A DNA stretch of 64,000 bases from an uncultured Chloroflexia bacterium (GTDB lineage Bacteria > Chloroflexota > UBA6077 > JACCZL01): NCBI GenBank assembly GCA_963765765.1, contig CAVXYC010000020.1, positions 288,001 through 352,000 of the forward strand, given 5' to 3'. Below, one piece after another: positions 42,571 through 51,425 of the stretch. Position 1 is the stretch's first letter. Each line of letters starts with the position of its first letter. Both the position numbers and the translations under genes were made by a program. Under the pieces are notes generated by a model. That model made no database searches and had not been told where the DNA came from. It worked only from the letters and a program-made list of their open reading frames with translations.

Positions 42571-43725
42571 TCAAAATCGATAGCGAACCCTTCGAATCAA
42601 AATCCCTTGCAGGATACCCAATGCGATGAGGTTGGTGAGTAGCGCGCTCCGTCCGTACGAGAGGAACGGTAGCGGAACGCCAGTCACTGGAAGGAGAGTT
42701 AGGTTGGCTCCCAGGTTCACGAAGCACTGGAAGAGCAGCATGTAGCCCACGCCAAACGCTACAAGCCGACCGAATTCGTCGCGCGCCTTGCCTGCAACGC
42801 TAATGATTCTGAAGAGCAGCACTCCGAATAGAAGAAAGAGGACCATGGCCCCAACGAAGCCCATTTCCTCTGCCAACACCGAGAAGATAAAGTCGCTGTG
42901 CTTGACCCTTAAGTAGTCGAGCTGGGTCTGGGTGCCCTGCATGAAGCCTCGACCGAACATGCCGCCGGATCCAATACTGATCTGAGCCTGAAGGATGTTG
43001 TATCCCTCACCGAACGTATCGACCTCGTGATCGAAGACATGCGTCAAGAAGGTGAAGATTCGAGCGCGCATGTACTCGCGCAGCGCAAGCCAACCCAGGG
43101 GCGCCAGGGCGACTGCCGCGATGAGGAGTGATCCTAGCTGCGTAAAGCGCGCCCCTGACGCCAGAGTGATGCCAATCCAAATGGATAAAAACGCCAACGC
43201 TGACCCAAGGTCTGGCTGTATGTAAACGAGGAGGGCGGTGGAGAGGAAGAAGCATAACGAGCCGAGCAGCCTCATCCAGGAAAGGCGACCAGGCGGGCGA
43301 TCCGCCATAAACCTGCTCAATGCCAGGATGTAGCTCAGTTTCGCTATTTCCGATGGCTGAAGGTCAAACAAGCCAAGCTGAATCCAGCGCCGCGATCCAT
43401 AGTCCTCAGCCCCACGCCCGATGAACAGGACGATGATCAACAACAGCATCGAGATGGCGTGCACGTAGTAAGAGCCCGCGCGGAAAAAGCGGTAATCAAT
43501 CGACGCGGTCACTGCCAGTGCTCCGAGTCCGAGTATTGCTGTCAACGCCTGCCTGACAGCCCAGCTCGACGGGGGAAACCAGCGTTCACAGCCTGGCTGG
43601 CAGGTGGCGGAATGAATCATCGCAACACCATAGAAAACAAGACCAACGATGGCCATGAGCATCAGATAGTCGATGCGCCGCCAGAATGCGCCGCGAACGC
43701 CGAGGGAGTCCTGCGTCGTCGTCAT
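42571..43725 (-). CDS. rodA: SEDS peptidoglycan polymerase RodA
   Basis: RW...QPSE.AK, QPDLG, IGSGG..GRG, DFIFS...EE.G, TGVPLPF.SYG. Confidence 0.92.
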   Translation of the reverse strand: MTTTQDSLGVRGAFWRRIDYLMLMAIVGLVFYGVAMIHSATCQPGCERWFPPSSWAVRQALTAILGLGALAVTASIDYRFFRAGSYYVHAISMLLLIIVLFIGRGAEDYGSRRWIQLGLFDLQPSEIAKLSYILALSRFMADRPPGRLSWMRLLGSLCFFLSTALLVYIQPDLGSALAFLSIWIGITLASGARFTQLGSLLIAAVALAPLGWLALREYMRARIFTFLTHVFDHEVDTFGEGYNILQAQISIGSGGMFGRGFMQGTQTQLDYLRVKHSDFIFSVLAEEMGFVGAMVLFLLFGVLLFRIISVAGKARDEFGRLVAFGVGYMLLFQCFVNLGANLTLLPVTGVPLPFLSYGRSALLTNLIALGILQGILIRRVRYRF

Positions 43726-43728
43726 GCG

Positions 43729-44232
43729 CTACACCTCCATCTGACGCCAGCCCGTGAAGAACCGGTAGATATGCTCGGTAGCGACAAGTGCAATTGGGAG
43801 AAGCAAGGTGTTTGCGGCGGCGGCGGGAAACAGGACTCGCAAAAACCGCTCGGGCGGAAATGCTTCCCAACCCAGGGCCTGCATACCGAGCATGAGAGTG
43901 ACGTGATAGCCCACAGTCACTAGCACGCCCATCGAAATGATGAATCCTATGTTCGCTCGGACAATTTGACCGTCGACCGTGGATGTGACAGCGCCGAGGA
44001 GCACCAGGACAGACGTATGTAACCCGAAGGGAGCGCCACTCACGACGTCTAACATGATGCCAGCCACGGCGCCCAGCAGCATACCTTCCTCAAATCCGCG
44101 CAGGCTACCCCAGGCCGCGACGATAACAGGAATGACGTCCAGGTGGAGCTCCGGCACGCCGACTCGAGACCCTACGGCAGCCTCCACAGTCGCAAGGACC
44201 ACCACAATGGCCATCATGACCCAGAGATGCAT
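43729..44232 (-). CDS. mreD: Rod shape-determining protein MreD
   Basis: Hydrophobic 167-aa protein with G...G...D..SG.PFG motif, directly downstream of mreC. Confidence 0.82.
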   Translation of the reverse strand: MHLWVMMAIVVVLATVEAAVGSRVGVPELHLDVIPVIVAAWGSLRGFEEGMLLGAVAGIMLDVVSGAPFGLHTSVLVLLGAVTSTVDGQIVRANIGFIISMGVLVTVGYHVTLMLGMQALGWEAFPPERFLRVLFPAAAANTLLLPIALVATEHIYRFFTGWRQMEV

Positions 44233-44236
44233 ACTG

Positions 44237-45061
44237 CTACCGCGAGGCTTCCCTTCGAGTTGAATCCATAACGAAAAGTCGCTCGAGCTTGCCGGGGTCA
44301 ACAGACGGTTCCAGAACAGCTTCCTGGAATACGTCCACGTCCTTGCGTCGAACCTGGACAACCTTACCGATTACGAGGCCTTCAGGCACCAGCGTCCCCA
44401 GATCAGAGCTGATGACGACCTCGCCGGAATCGATCACTTCCTCCTGGGGAACGTGTTGCATCATGAGACCGCCTTCGGGACGCCCTCTTACCATCCCAGT
44501 GGCGCGTGACTCAGGATCCTGAAACCGCCCCATGATCGAGCTATTCACGTCGCTGATCAAAAGCACCTTGGCAGTCGTCGCCTCGGTGCGCACCACGCGC
44601 CCAACCAGTCCTCGCCAGGTAACTACCGCGAGCCCGTTCTGAACGTTGTCTTGGCTTCCTCGATCGATCGTGATCGCTTGCACATATGGAGATGGGTCAC
44701 GAGCGATCACGCGCACAGGAATCAGCTCGCCTGGGCCGGAGCGCTGCTTGAGTCCTAAGAGATTTCGCAGGTCACGGTTCTCCAGCTCGAGCTCCTGGAG
44801 CCTTACCATCTCAGCCTGAAGACGGCTGATCTCATCACGTGATTCTCGATTCTCACGAGCCAGGGACTGCACATGCTGAATAGTGCCGCTGACGTCGCTC
44901 ACGTCGTCGATAAATCCCGTGATGGCCGACTGAACGGGCTCGATCGCTGCCATAGCGAGGCTCTGGATGATTCGTGAAGGCTCAGGCAGCAAGATGAGCG
45001 CCACCATCAACGCGATCGCGGAGCCCGTCATCCACCATGGGAACACCCTTCGTTGCGTCAC
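44237..45061 (-). CDS. mreC: Rod shape-determining protein MreC
   Basis: TM plus coiled coil (EN.DLR.LL), VIARD...ITIDRG, GLVGRV, PEGL.IGKV. Confidence 0.92.
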   Translation of the reverse strand: MTQRRVFPWWMTGSAIALMVALILLPEPSRIIQSLAMAAIEPVQSAITGFIDDVSDVSGTIQHVQSLARENRESRDEISRLQAEMVRLQELELENRDLRNLLGLKQRSGPGELIPVRVIARDPSPYVQAITIDRGSQDNVQNGLAVVTWRGLVGRVVRTEATTAKVLLISDVNSSIMGRFQDPESRATGMVRGRPEGGLMMQHVPQEEVIDSGEVVISSDLGTLVPEGLVIGKVVQVRRKDVDVFQEAVLEPSVDPGKLERLFVMDSTRREASR

Positions 45062-45064
45062 GAG

Positions 45065-46141
45065 CTACCTGCGCATGCTGAATCGGTAATTGGTGTCGAC
45101 GAGGACCTTTCGCAGTGCGTCGAGCTCATTGAGAACTTTCCCTGTCCCGCGCACCACACAGCCCAATGGATCTTCAGCTAGGACAACCCGCATTCGAGTC
45201 TCGCGTGTGAGCAAGTCCAGCAAGCCCGGCAGAAGCGATCCGCCGCCAGCCAGAGTAATGCCACGCACCATCATGTCTGCAACGAGCTCGGGCGGTGTTT
45301 CTTCGATCGTGTCGGTCACCGTCTCGACGATTGCATTTACCGAGCTCGATATGGCCCGTCTCACATCCTCAGAGCTCACCTGCACTTCGGATGGAAGTCC
45401 GGTCACGAGATTACGGCCGCGTACGGTCACAAAGTGTGATGAGAGCTCGCCATCGCCAGAGTGATAGGCATTGCCCGCGGCAATCTTGACCTCCTCCGCC
45501 ATGCGCTCGCCGATCAGCAGATTATGATGCTGCTTCATGTGGGCAATGATGTCCGTGTCCATCTCATCGCCGGCGATGCGGATGGTCCGGCTAGCCACAA
45601 TTCCGCCCAGCGAGATCACGGCCACTTCAGTCGTACCCCCGCCGATATCGACGATCATGCACCCGGCGGGCTCAGTAATCGGCAATCCGGCACCGATGGC
45701 GGCGGCCATCGGCTCCTCAATAAGCCACGCTTCACGGGCGCCCGCATTGACGGCGGCGTCATGCACCGCGCGGCGCTCGACTTCAGTGACGCCAGATGGG
45801 ATGCCAACCACGACACGCGGGCGTGGGATGATCGCGAACTGCTCGTGAACCTTCTCAATGAAATAACGGAGCATCTGCTCGGTAACGTCGAAATCGCTGA
45901 CGACGCCATCCTTCAGCGGTCGCACGGCCACGATGTTCGCGGGTGTCCGTCCCACCATACGCTTGGCTTCCGCACCCACGGCGAGAATCCGTTTGGTGCG
46001 CGGATTCATGGCCACAACGGAGGGCTCGTTGATGACGATTCCTTTGCCACGCACCAGGACGAGCGTGTTCGCCGTCCCGAGATCAATCCCGATGTCGCGC
46101 GAGAGAAGTCCGAAAAACGAATTGAATGGATTAGCGGTCAT
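45065..46141 (-). CDS. mreB: Rod shape-determining actin MreB
   Basis: IGIDLGTANT, EPSVVA, EEPMAAAIG, DIGGGTTEVA. Confidence 0.97.
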   Translation of the reverse strand: MTANPFNSFFGLLSRDIGIDLGTANTLVLVRGKGIVINEPSVVAMNPRTKRILAVGAEAKRMVGRTPANIVAVRPLKDGVVSDFDVTEQMLRYFIEKVHEQFAIIPRPRVVVGIPSGVTEVERRAVHDAAVNAGAREAWLIEEPMAAAIGAGLPITEPAGCMIVDIGGGTTEVAVISLGGIVASRTIRIAGDEMDTDIIAHMKQHHNLLIGERMAEEVKIAAGNAYHSGDGELSSHFVTVRGRNLVTGLPSEVQVSSEDVRRAISSSVNAIVETVTDTIEETPPELVADMMVRGITLAGGGSLLPGLLDLLTRETRMRVVLAEDPLGCVVRGTGKVLNELDALRKVLVDTNYRFSMRR

Positions 46142-46881
46142 TAGATCGGTCGCTTGTCCATGTCGAATCCCAATCCCATTTCCCGCAGACTTCGCCAGGG
46201 CTTCAGGCCACCGCGGCCGAGCACAATATGATCCAGCACCTCGACCTGGAGCAGATCCCCAGCGCGTCGTGCCTCGCGAGTTAGCTCAACGTCTTCGGCG
46301 GATGGTGACGGATCGCCGCTGGGGTGGTTATGAACCACGATCATGCTGGCGGCCTGATGCCGCACAGCCTCTCTGAACATCTCGCCAATTCGCGTTGTCG
46401 TTTGATTTAGCGTTCCATCAGCCACTTTGTGGTCGGCGATGACGCGATTCTTTGTGTTCAAGAGCAGCACGCGGAGCTGTTCATGCTCCAGGAGGCCCAT
46501 CTTGGTGCCGAGTAATAGTGAGACATCCTCAGGTGACCGAATCGTAGGAAGGAGCGTAGGGTCCAGCGCGAGAGCGCGTTGTCCGAGCATGAGTGCTGCT
46601 TTAATCTCAATTGCCTTGACAGGTCCAAGCCCCTTGAGCTCCTGGAGCTCCGGAATCGCCGCGTGCGAAATGCCATCGAGCCCATTGAATTTTGATAGGA
46701 CCTGGTTGGCAAGCTCAAGAACATTCTGGGACGCGGAGCCAGTTCGTAGAATAATCGCCAGAAGCTCGGCGTCAGATAGATGATCCGCACCGCTCGCCAG
46801 CAATCGCTCACGCGGACGTACCGACGTGGGAAGCTGCTTCAACCCAACGTGGTACTCGGCGAGGAAAGATTCCGAAATCAC
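46141..46881 (-). CDS. radC: RadC-family JAB-domain protein
   Basis: RPRERL...LSDAELLAI.LRTG, HNHPSGDPSPS.ED, LDHIV. Start approximate. Confidence 0.93.
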   Translation of the reverse strand: MISESFLAEYHVGLKQLPTSVRPRERLLASGADHLSDAELLAIILRTGSASQNVLELANQVLSKFNGLDGISHAAIPELQELKGLGPVKAIEIKAALMLGQRALALDPTLLPTIRSPEDVSLLLGTKMGLLEHEQLRVLLLNTKNRVIADHKVADGTLNQTTTRIGEMFREAVRHQAASMIVVHNHPSGDPSPSAEDVELTREARRAGDLLQVEVLDHIVLGRGGLKPWRSLREMGLGFDMDKRPI

Positions 46882-46932
46882 TCCGATCCGGTGGCAGAAG
46901 CCAGGCTGGCATCCGTGGAGAGCAGCGGCGCC

Positions 46933-46941
46933 AGTATAGCA
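46933..46941 (-). promoter_or_regulatory. Extended -10 promoter for radC-mreBCD-rodA
   Basis: TGcTATACT on the minus strand in the radC/fmt divergent gap. Confidence 0.55.
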
Positions 46942-46954
46942 TGGGACGCAGAAT

Positions 46955-47935
46955 ATGACCTTCCCGAATCTAGCCGCGAACGAATCCCGAGTCGTCTTCA
47001 TGGGCAGCCCAGATTTCGCGGTGCCCTCGCTCGCGGGCCTTGTGGATGACGGGTATCAAGTCACACTGGCGGTAACCCAGCCCGATCGACCTGCGGGCCG
47101 AGGTCAGCGAATGCGCCGTCCGGCGATCGCTGTGGCGGCAGACGAGCTGGGTATCCCGGTATATCAGCCGACGACGCTCAGGACTACGGAGTCGCGTGCA
47201 CCAATCGAGGCTGAGCGGCCCGACGTTATCGTGGTGGCCGCGTTTGGGCTCCTGTTGCCATTACCGATTCTCGACCTACCGCGACGCGGCTGCGTGAACG
47301 TGCACGCTTCGTTATTGCCGAGACACCGTGGTGCGGCGCCAATTCAGGCCTGCATTCTCTCGGGCGATCCTGAGACGGGAATCACGATCATGGCGATGGA
47401 TGCCGGAATGGACACGGGCGGCATCATTTCGCAACGCTCGTTCCCTCTTATGAGCAACGAAAGCACCATGGAGCTCGAGCCCCGCCTGGCGGCGCTGGGT
47501 CGCGATCTGCTCCGCGAGACTCTTCCCGCCTGGCTTGTCGGTTCAATGAATCCCACGCATCAGGACGACGCCCTGGCCACGTACGCACCTAAGATCAAGC
47601 GCACCGATGCCGAAATCGACTGGACGCGATCTGCCGAGGAGTGTGATCGCGCGGTCCGCGCGTTCCGAGGATGGCCCAACGCGTTCACATCTATGGCTGG
47701 AAAGCACCTGATCGTTCTGGAGACCCGGGTCATTCCCGATCCGCCACAGTCAGCCGGGCCGGGGGTTGTAATGGTCCAACGCGGCGCCCCCTGGTCTCCA
47801 GCAGTGGGCACTGGAAGCGGGCTGCTTCAACTCATCAGGGTGCAGCCCGAGGGGCGCCGTCCCATGAGCGCCGCAGACCTTATTAATGGTCTCCCAGGCG
47901 TGGCCGGCATGCGTCTTGGTGAGCACGCGAATTAA
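46955..47935 (+). CDS. fmt: Methionyl-tRNA formyltransferase
   Basis: VFMGSPDFA, VTQPDRPAGRG, NVHASLLPR.RGAAPI, MDTG. Confidence 0.96.
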   Translation: MTFPNLAANESRVVFMGSPDFAVPSLAGLVDDGYQVTLAVTQPDRPAGRGQRMRRPAIAVAADELGIPVYQPTTLRTTESRAPIEAERPDVIVVAAFGLLLPLPILDLPRRGCVNVHASLLPRHRGAAPIQACILSGDPETGITIMAMDAGMDTGGIISQRSFPLMSNESTMELEPRLAALGRDLLRETLPAWLVGSMNPTHQDDALATYAPKIKRTDAEIDWTRSAEECDRAVRAFRGWPNAFTSMAGKHLIVLETRVIPDPPQSAGPGVVMVQRGAPWSPAVGTGSGLLQLIRVQPEGRRPMSAADLINGLPGVAGMRLGEHAN

Positions 47936-47983
47936 GCACCTTAGGAATACTCTGCTGAGGCGTTTGCTATGATTCAGGGTGCC

Positions 47984-48640
47984 GTGGCAAACCTCATTTA
48001 CGTCTCGATTTTGAACGCGGATTTCCGCTTTCTCGCCGATCAGATCGCCGCGGCAGAGGAGGGCGGCGCGGACGGCGTCCACGTGGATGTGATGGACGGC
48101 CACTTCGTGCCGAACATCAGTCTAGGGCCACAAATCGTATCCGCCGTGAGGACCACGACCTCACTGACAATCGATGTCCACCTCATGATCGAGCGCCCGG
48201 AACGATTGCTCGAAGCATTCATCAGCGCCGGCGCAAACAGTGTCACGATTCACCAGGAGGCGACGCCGCACGCGCGGCTTGCGCTCGATGAGATCCATAA
48301 GCTGGGAGCAGACGCCGGCCTTGGCCTGAATCCGGGAACGGCGGTGTCACAGGCCGAGGAGTCCATCAGCGAGATTCAGACACTTCTAGTAATGACTGTC
48401 AACCCCGGCTTCGGCGGGCAAAAGCTCATTCCAGAGACAATCGGAAAAGTAGCGCGAGCGCGAGCATTGCTCGACGAGCGTAGAAGCGCCGCTCATCTAC
48501 AGGTAGACGGCGGCGTCACGATGGAGCATATTGGGGCACTAAGCAAGGCGGGTGCTGACCTATTCGTCGCTGGTACCAGCGTGTTTCACGCGCCCGGGGG
48601 GCCGGCCGCCGGAGTTCGCGCCCTGAGGGCCGATCTTTGA
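47984..48640 (+). CDS. rpe: Ribulose-phosphate 3-epimerase
   Basis: SILNADF, HVDVMDGHFVPN, DVHLMI, MTVNPGFGGQ, VDGG. GTG start 10 nt after TGcTATGAT. Confidence 0.96.
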   Translation: MANLIYVSILNADFRFLADQIAAAEEGGADGVHVDVMDGHFVPNISLGPQIVSAVRTTTSLTIDVHLMIERPERLLEAFISAGANSVTIHQEATPHARLALDEIHKLGADAGLGLNPGTAVSQAEESISEIQTLLVMTVNPGFGGQKLIPETIGKVARARALLDERRSAAHLQVDGGVTMEHIGALSKAGADLFVAGTSVFHAPGGPAAGVRALRADL

Positions 48641-48662
48641 CTATTGGATCCGAGTAAACCGA

Positions 48663-48857
48663 TCAGGCAGCGTGCTTTTTCGCGGTACGGATACAGCGTG
48701 TGCACGCGTTTACGCGCGTCGGTCGACCGTCCAGCATGAGAATTGTCTTCTGCACGTTCGGCCGCCACACTCGGTTGGTCTTATGATGCGAGTGGCTTAC
48801 GTTATTTCCGAATACGATCTTCTTGCCGCACATCTCGCAGCGTCCAGCAGCAGCCAC
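48663..48857 (-). CDS. rpmB: 50S ribosomal protein L28
   Basis: GTG after AAGGAG; CEMCGK...GNNVSHSH..T.R.W.PNVQ...CTRCIR. Confidence 0.95.
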   Translation of the reverse strand: MAAAGRCEMCGKKIVFGNNVSHSHHKTNRVWRPNVQKTILMLDGRPTRVNACTRCIRTAKKHAA

Positions 48858-48899
48858 AAGGGATCTCCTTACATCGCCAAAGCGATGCTTCGATATCAA

Positions 48900-48924
48900 G
48901 CTATACTTGGTCAATCAGTATAGC
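48900..48924. promoter_or_regulatory. Palindrome formed by two facing -10 boxes between rpmB and fakA
   Basis: GCTATACT-N9-AGTATAGC, giving TATACT on each strand. Confidence 0.55.
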
Positions 48925-48974
48925 CACGCGTCGAGAATTGACGCAATAACCGCTGTGCCGATTGCTGCGTACTC

Positions 48975-50579
48975 ATGACCATTGCAAAAGAGTCGCCCGT
49001 ACCGCGCGACGCCACGGCTTGCACCGGTTCCAACATCCAGGACCTTCTAGATGCGCTTGCCTCCAGACTTGAGTCGCACGCCGGGCACCTGAATGCCCTC
49101 AATGTGTTCCCGGTTCCTGATGGTGACACTGGAATCAATATGTCACGCACACTTCGCGCTGCCGCGGATGCGGCCTCAAGCGCTACTGGAAGTGCCGCTG
49201 ACGTACTCGCTGCAGCGTCACGCGGAGCTTTGCTGGGTGCCGCGGGAAACTCTGGTGTGATTCTGTCTCAGATGCTCCGCGGGTTCACCGAGGTCTACGC
49301 AACGGTCTCGGTGCTGGATGGAAACGGGGTAAAGAGAGCGCTTGAGGCGGCTTCCCAGGCGGGGTACAAGAGCGTCGCCCAACCTGTCGAGGGAACTATC
49401 CTCAGTGTTGCTCGGGGCACCGCGGAAGCTATCCAGCCCGGCGTCTCAATCGTGCTTGCACTTTCGCAAGCCGCACGCGGCGCGGCAGAGGCGGTCGAAG
49501 CCACTCCAACCCAGCTCGAAAAGCTGCGCGCGGCCGGCGTAGTTGATGCAGGCGGTGAGGGGTACCGTCTCATTATCGATGGCGCCCACCGATGGATGCT
49601 TGGCGAGGATATCCGCGCTGCCATTGGCCCAGCGACCGTTAGTCGCGCTCTGATTGGCGCTCAGCACACGGGCGGTGAAGTGGGTTTCTGTACGCAGTTC
49701 ATCATTCAACATTCCACCGTGCCAATTCAGGAGCTGAAGGCGGAGATCGAAGAAATGTCGACCTCGGTCATCGTTGTGGGCACCGAGGACATCATTCGCG
49801 TTCATGCTCACGCGGGCGCTCCTGGACAAGTGCTCGACCTCGCCGTTCGCTCCGGCAACGTGAGCCGCATCTCCATAGAAAATATGGAGATGCAAAACGA
49901 GTCGGCCCGCGAAGAAACTGACACTGGACTTACCGGCATTGTTGCGGTAGCTCAGAGCGAAACGGCCGCGCGGCTCCTGGAAAGTCTTGGCGCCTCCTCC
50001 GTCGTCATTCCCGCCGCCGCGAGCCCCACCGTTCAAGAGCTGCTGAACGCAGTGCAACGCCTTGGACATGAGCACATCCTGATCATGCCCAATGACAAGA
50101 ACTCGGCCTTGACGGCTGAACAGCTTCGCGGCTTAACTCCGCGCTCCATTCACATCGTGCCAACGGAGAACGTCGTTCAGTGCACCCAATGCTTACTCGC
50201 GTTCAATCCCGACCAGGCCATCGATTTACAGGAGCTTCGTTTAAGCGAGGCTCTCGGCGGCGCGAAAATAATCGAGCTGGCGCGTGCGAATCGAGCCGCG
50301 GATCTTCCCCATGCACAGGTGACAATTGGGAGTATCGTCGCCATTTACGCCGGGCAAGTTATAGCCAGCGCCACAGCTCCTTCAGAGACCATCGCGCTCG
50401 CAATGGAAAATATCGAAGCAGGTAGCCCCGAGATAGCAACGCTTTACCCTTGTGCGGAGCTTGATCCTGCCGCACTGCCTGAATTGGAAGCTCAGCTACG
50501 AGCACTCTTACCCTCTGCTGAGCACGAGACCGTTCCACTGGACTTACCTGCTCGGCTGGCGTTGGTCTCGTTGGAATAA
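48975..50579 (+). CDS. fakA: DAK2-domain fatty acid kinase catalytic subunit (FakA/YloV family)
   Basis: LNVFPVPDGDTG.NM, GNSGVILSQ, PVEGTIL, GVVDAGG; conserved rpmB/recG context. Confidence 0.88.
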   Translation: MTIAKESPVPRDATACTGSNIQDLLDALASRLESHAGHLNALNVFPVPDGDTGINMSRTLRAAADAASSATGSAADVLAAASRGALLGAAGNSGVILSQMLRGFTEVYATVSVLDGNGVKRALEAASQAGYKSVAQPVEGTILSVARGTAEAIQPGVSIVLALSQAARGAAEAVEATPTQLEKLRAAGVVDAGGEGYRLIIDGAHRWMLGEDIRAAIGPATVSRALIGAQHTGGEVGFCTQFIIQHSTVPIQELKAEIEEMSTSVIVVGTEDIIRVHAHAGAPGQVLDLAVRSGNVSRISIENMEMQNESAREETDTGLTGIVAVAQSETAARLLESLGASSVVIPAAASPTVQELLNAVQRLGHEHILIMPNDKNSALTAEQLRGLTPRSIHIVPTENVVQCTQCLLAFNPDQAIDLQELRLSEALGGAKIIELARANRAADLPHAQVTIGSIVAIYAGQVIASATAPSETIALAMENIEAGSPEIATLYPCAELDPAALPELEAQLRALLPSAEHETVPLDLPARLALVSLE

Positions 50580-50582
50580 TTG

Positions 50583-51425
50583 ATGGCTGAGCTTGCATAC
50601 GTGGTCGACTCTACCGCCGATCTCCCGGAGACGCTCAACGCCTGCGCGGATCTTCGTGTGGTTCCACTGCGCATCAATTGGGGAGACCGAACCTACCGCG
50701 ATCGCGTTGATATCACCACCGTAGATTTCTATCGGCAGCTCCGCTCATCAAGCTCCTTACCAACGACTTCGGCCCCCCCTCCAGGAGACTTCGAGCAGGT
50801 CTATGAGGATCTGCTACGAGAGCACAGCGGAATCGTCTCGATTCATCTGCCGAACGCACTGAGTGGCACATACTCGGCCGCCGTTGCCGCCGCGAATCAT
50901 GTGAGTCCAGAGCGCATCCGCGTGGTCGAGGGCGGCCACTGCTCGCTCGGCCTCGGGTGGCTCGCGGAGCGGGCCGTCGAGGTTGGGACAGCGTCTGGCG
51001 ATTTGAGTGACGCGGCAAACGCCGCCGCCGATCTCGTTCCGCGCGTACGTCTACTCGCAGCGCTCGATACGCTGGAATTTCTTCAACGCGGTGGCCGCAT
51101 TGGACGTGTGGCCGCACTGGCCGGTGCTCTCCTGAACGTCAAGCCCCTACTCCAGATTAGTGACGGGCAGGTGCTGCCCCTGGAACGAGTGCGGAGTCGT
51201 GGCGGTGCGCTCCGGCGCATACGGGACCTAACGGTCAAGCTCGGAGCCTTGGAACGCGTCGCGGTACTCCACGGTGACGCTCCTGACGCTGCCGAGACAC
51301 TCAGCAAAGAGCTCGCGGGCGACTTCCCATCCATTCAAATTGAACGTGGCGAAATTAGTCCTGTCGTGGGTGTCCACGGAGGCCCCGGGATCATCGCGGT
51401 CACCTGCATTCTCGCAGCGTCGTGA
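50583..51425 (+). CDS. DegV-family fatty acid-binding protein (FakB)
   Basis: VDSTADL, PTTSAP, LSGTY, TLEFLQRGGRIG, GVHGGPG. Confidence 0.92.
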   Translation: MAELAYVVDSTADLPETLNACADLRVVPLRINWGDRTYRDRVDITTVDFYRQLRSSSSLPTTSAPPPGDFEQVYEDLLREHSGIVSIHLPNALSGTYSAAVAAANHVSPERIRVVEGGHCSLGLGWLAERAVEVGTASGDLSDAANAAADLVPRVRLLAALDTLEFLQRGGRIGRVAALAGALLNVKPLLQISDGQVLPLERVRSRGGALRRIRDLTVKLGALERVAVLHGDAPDAAETLSKELAGDFPSIQIERGEISPVVGVHGGPGIIAVTCILAAS

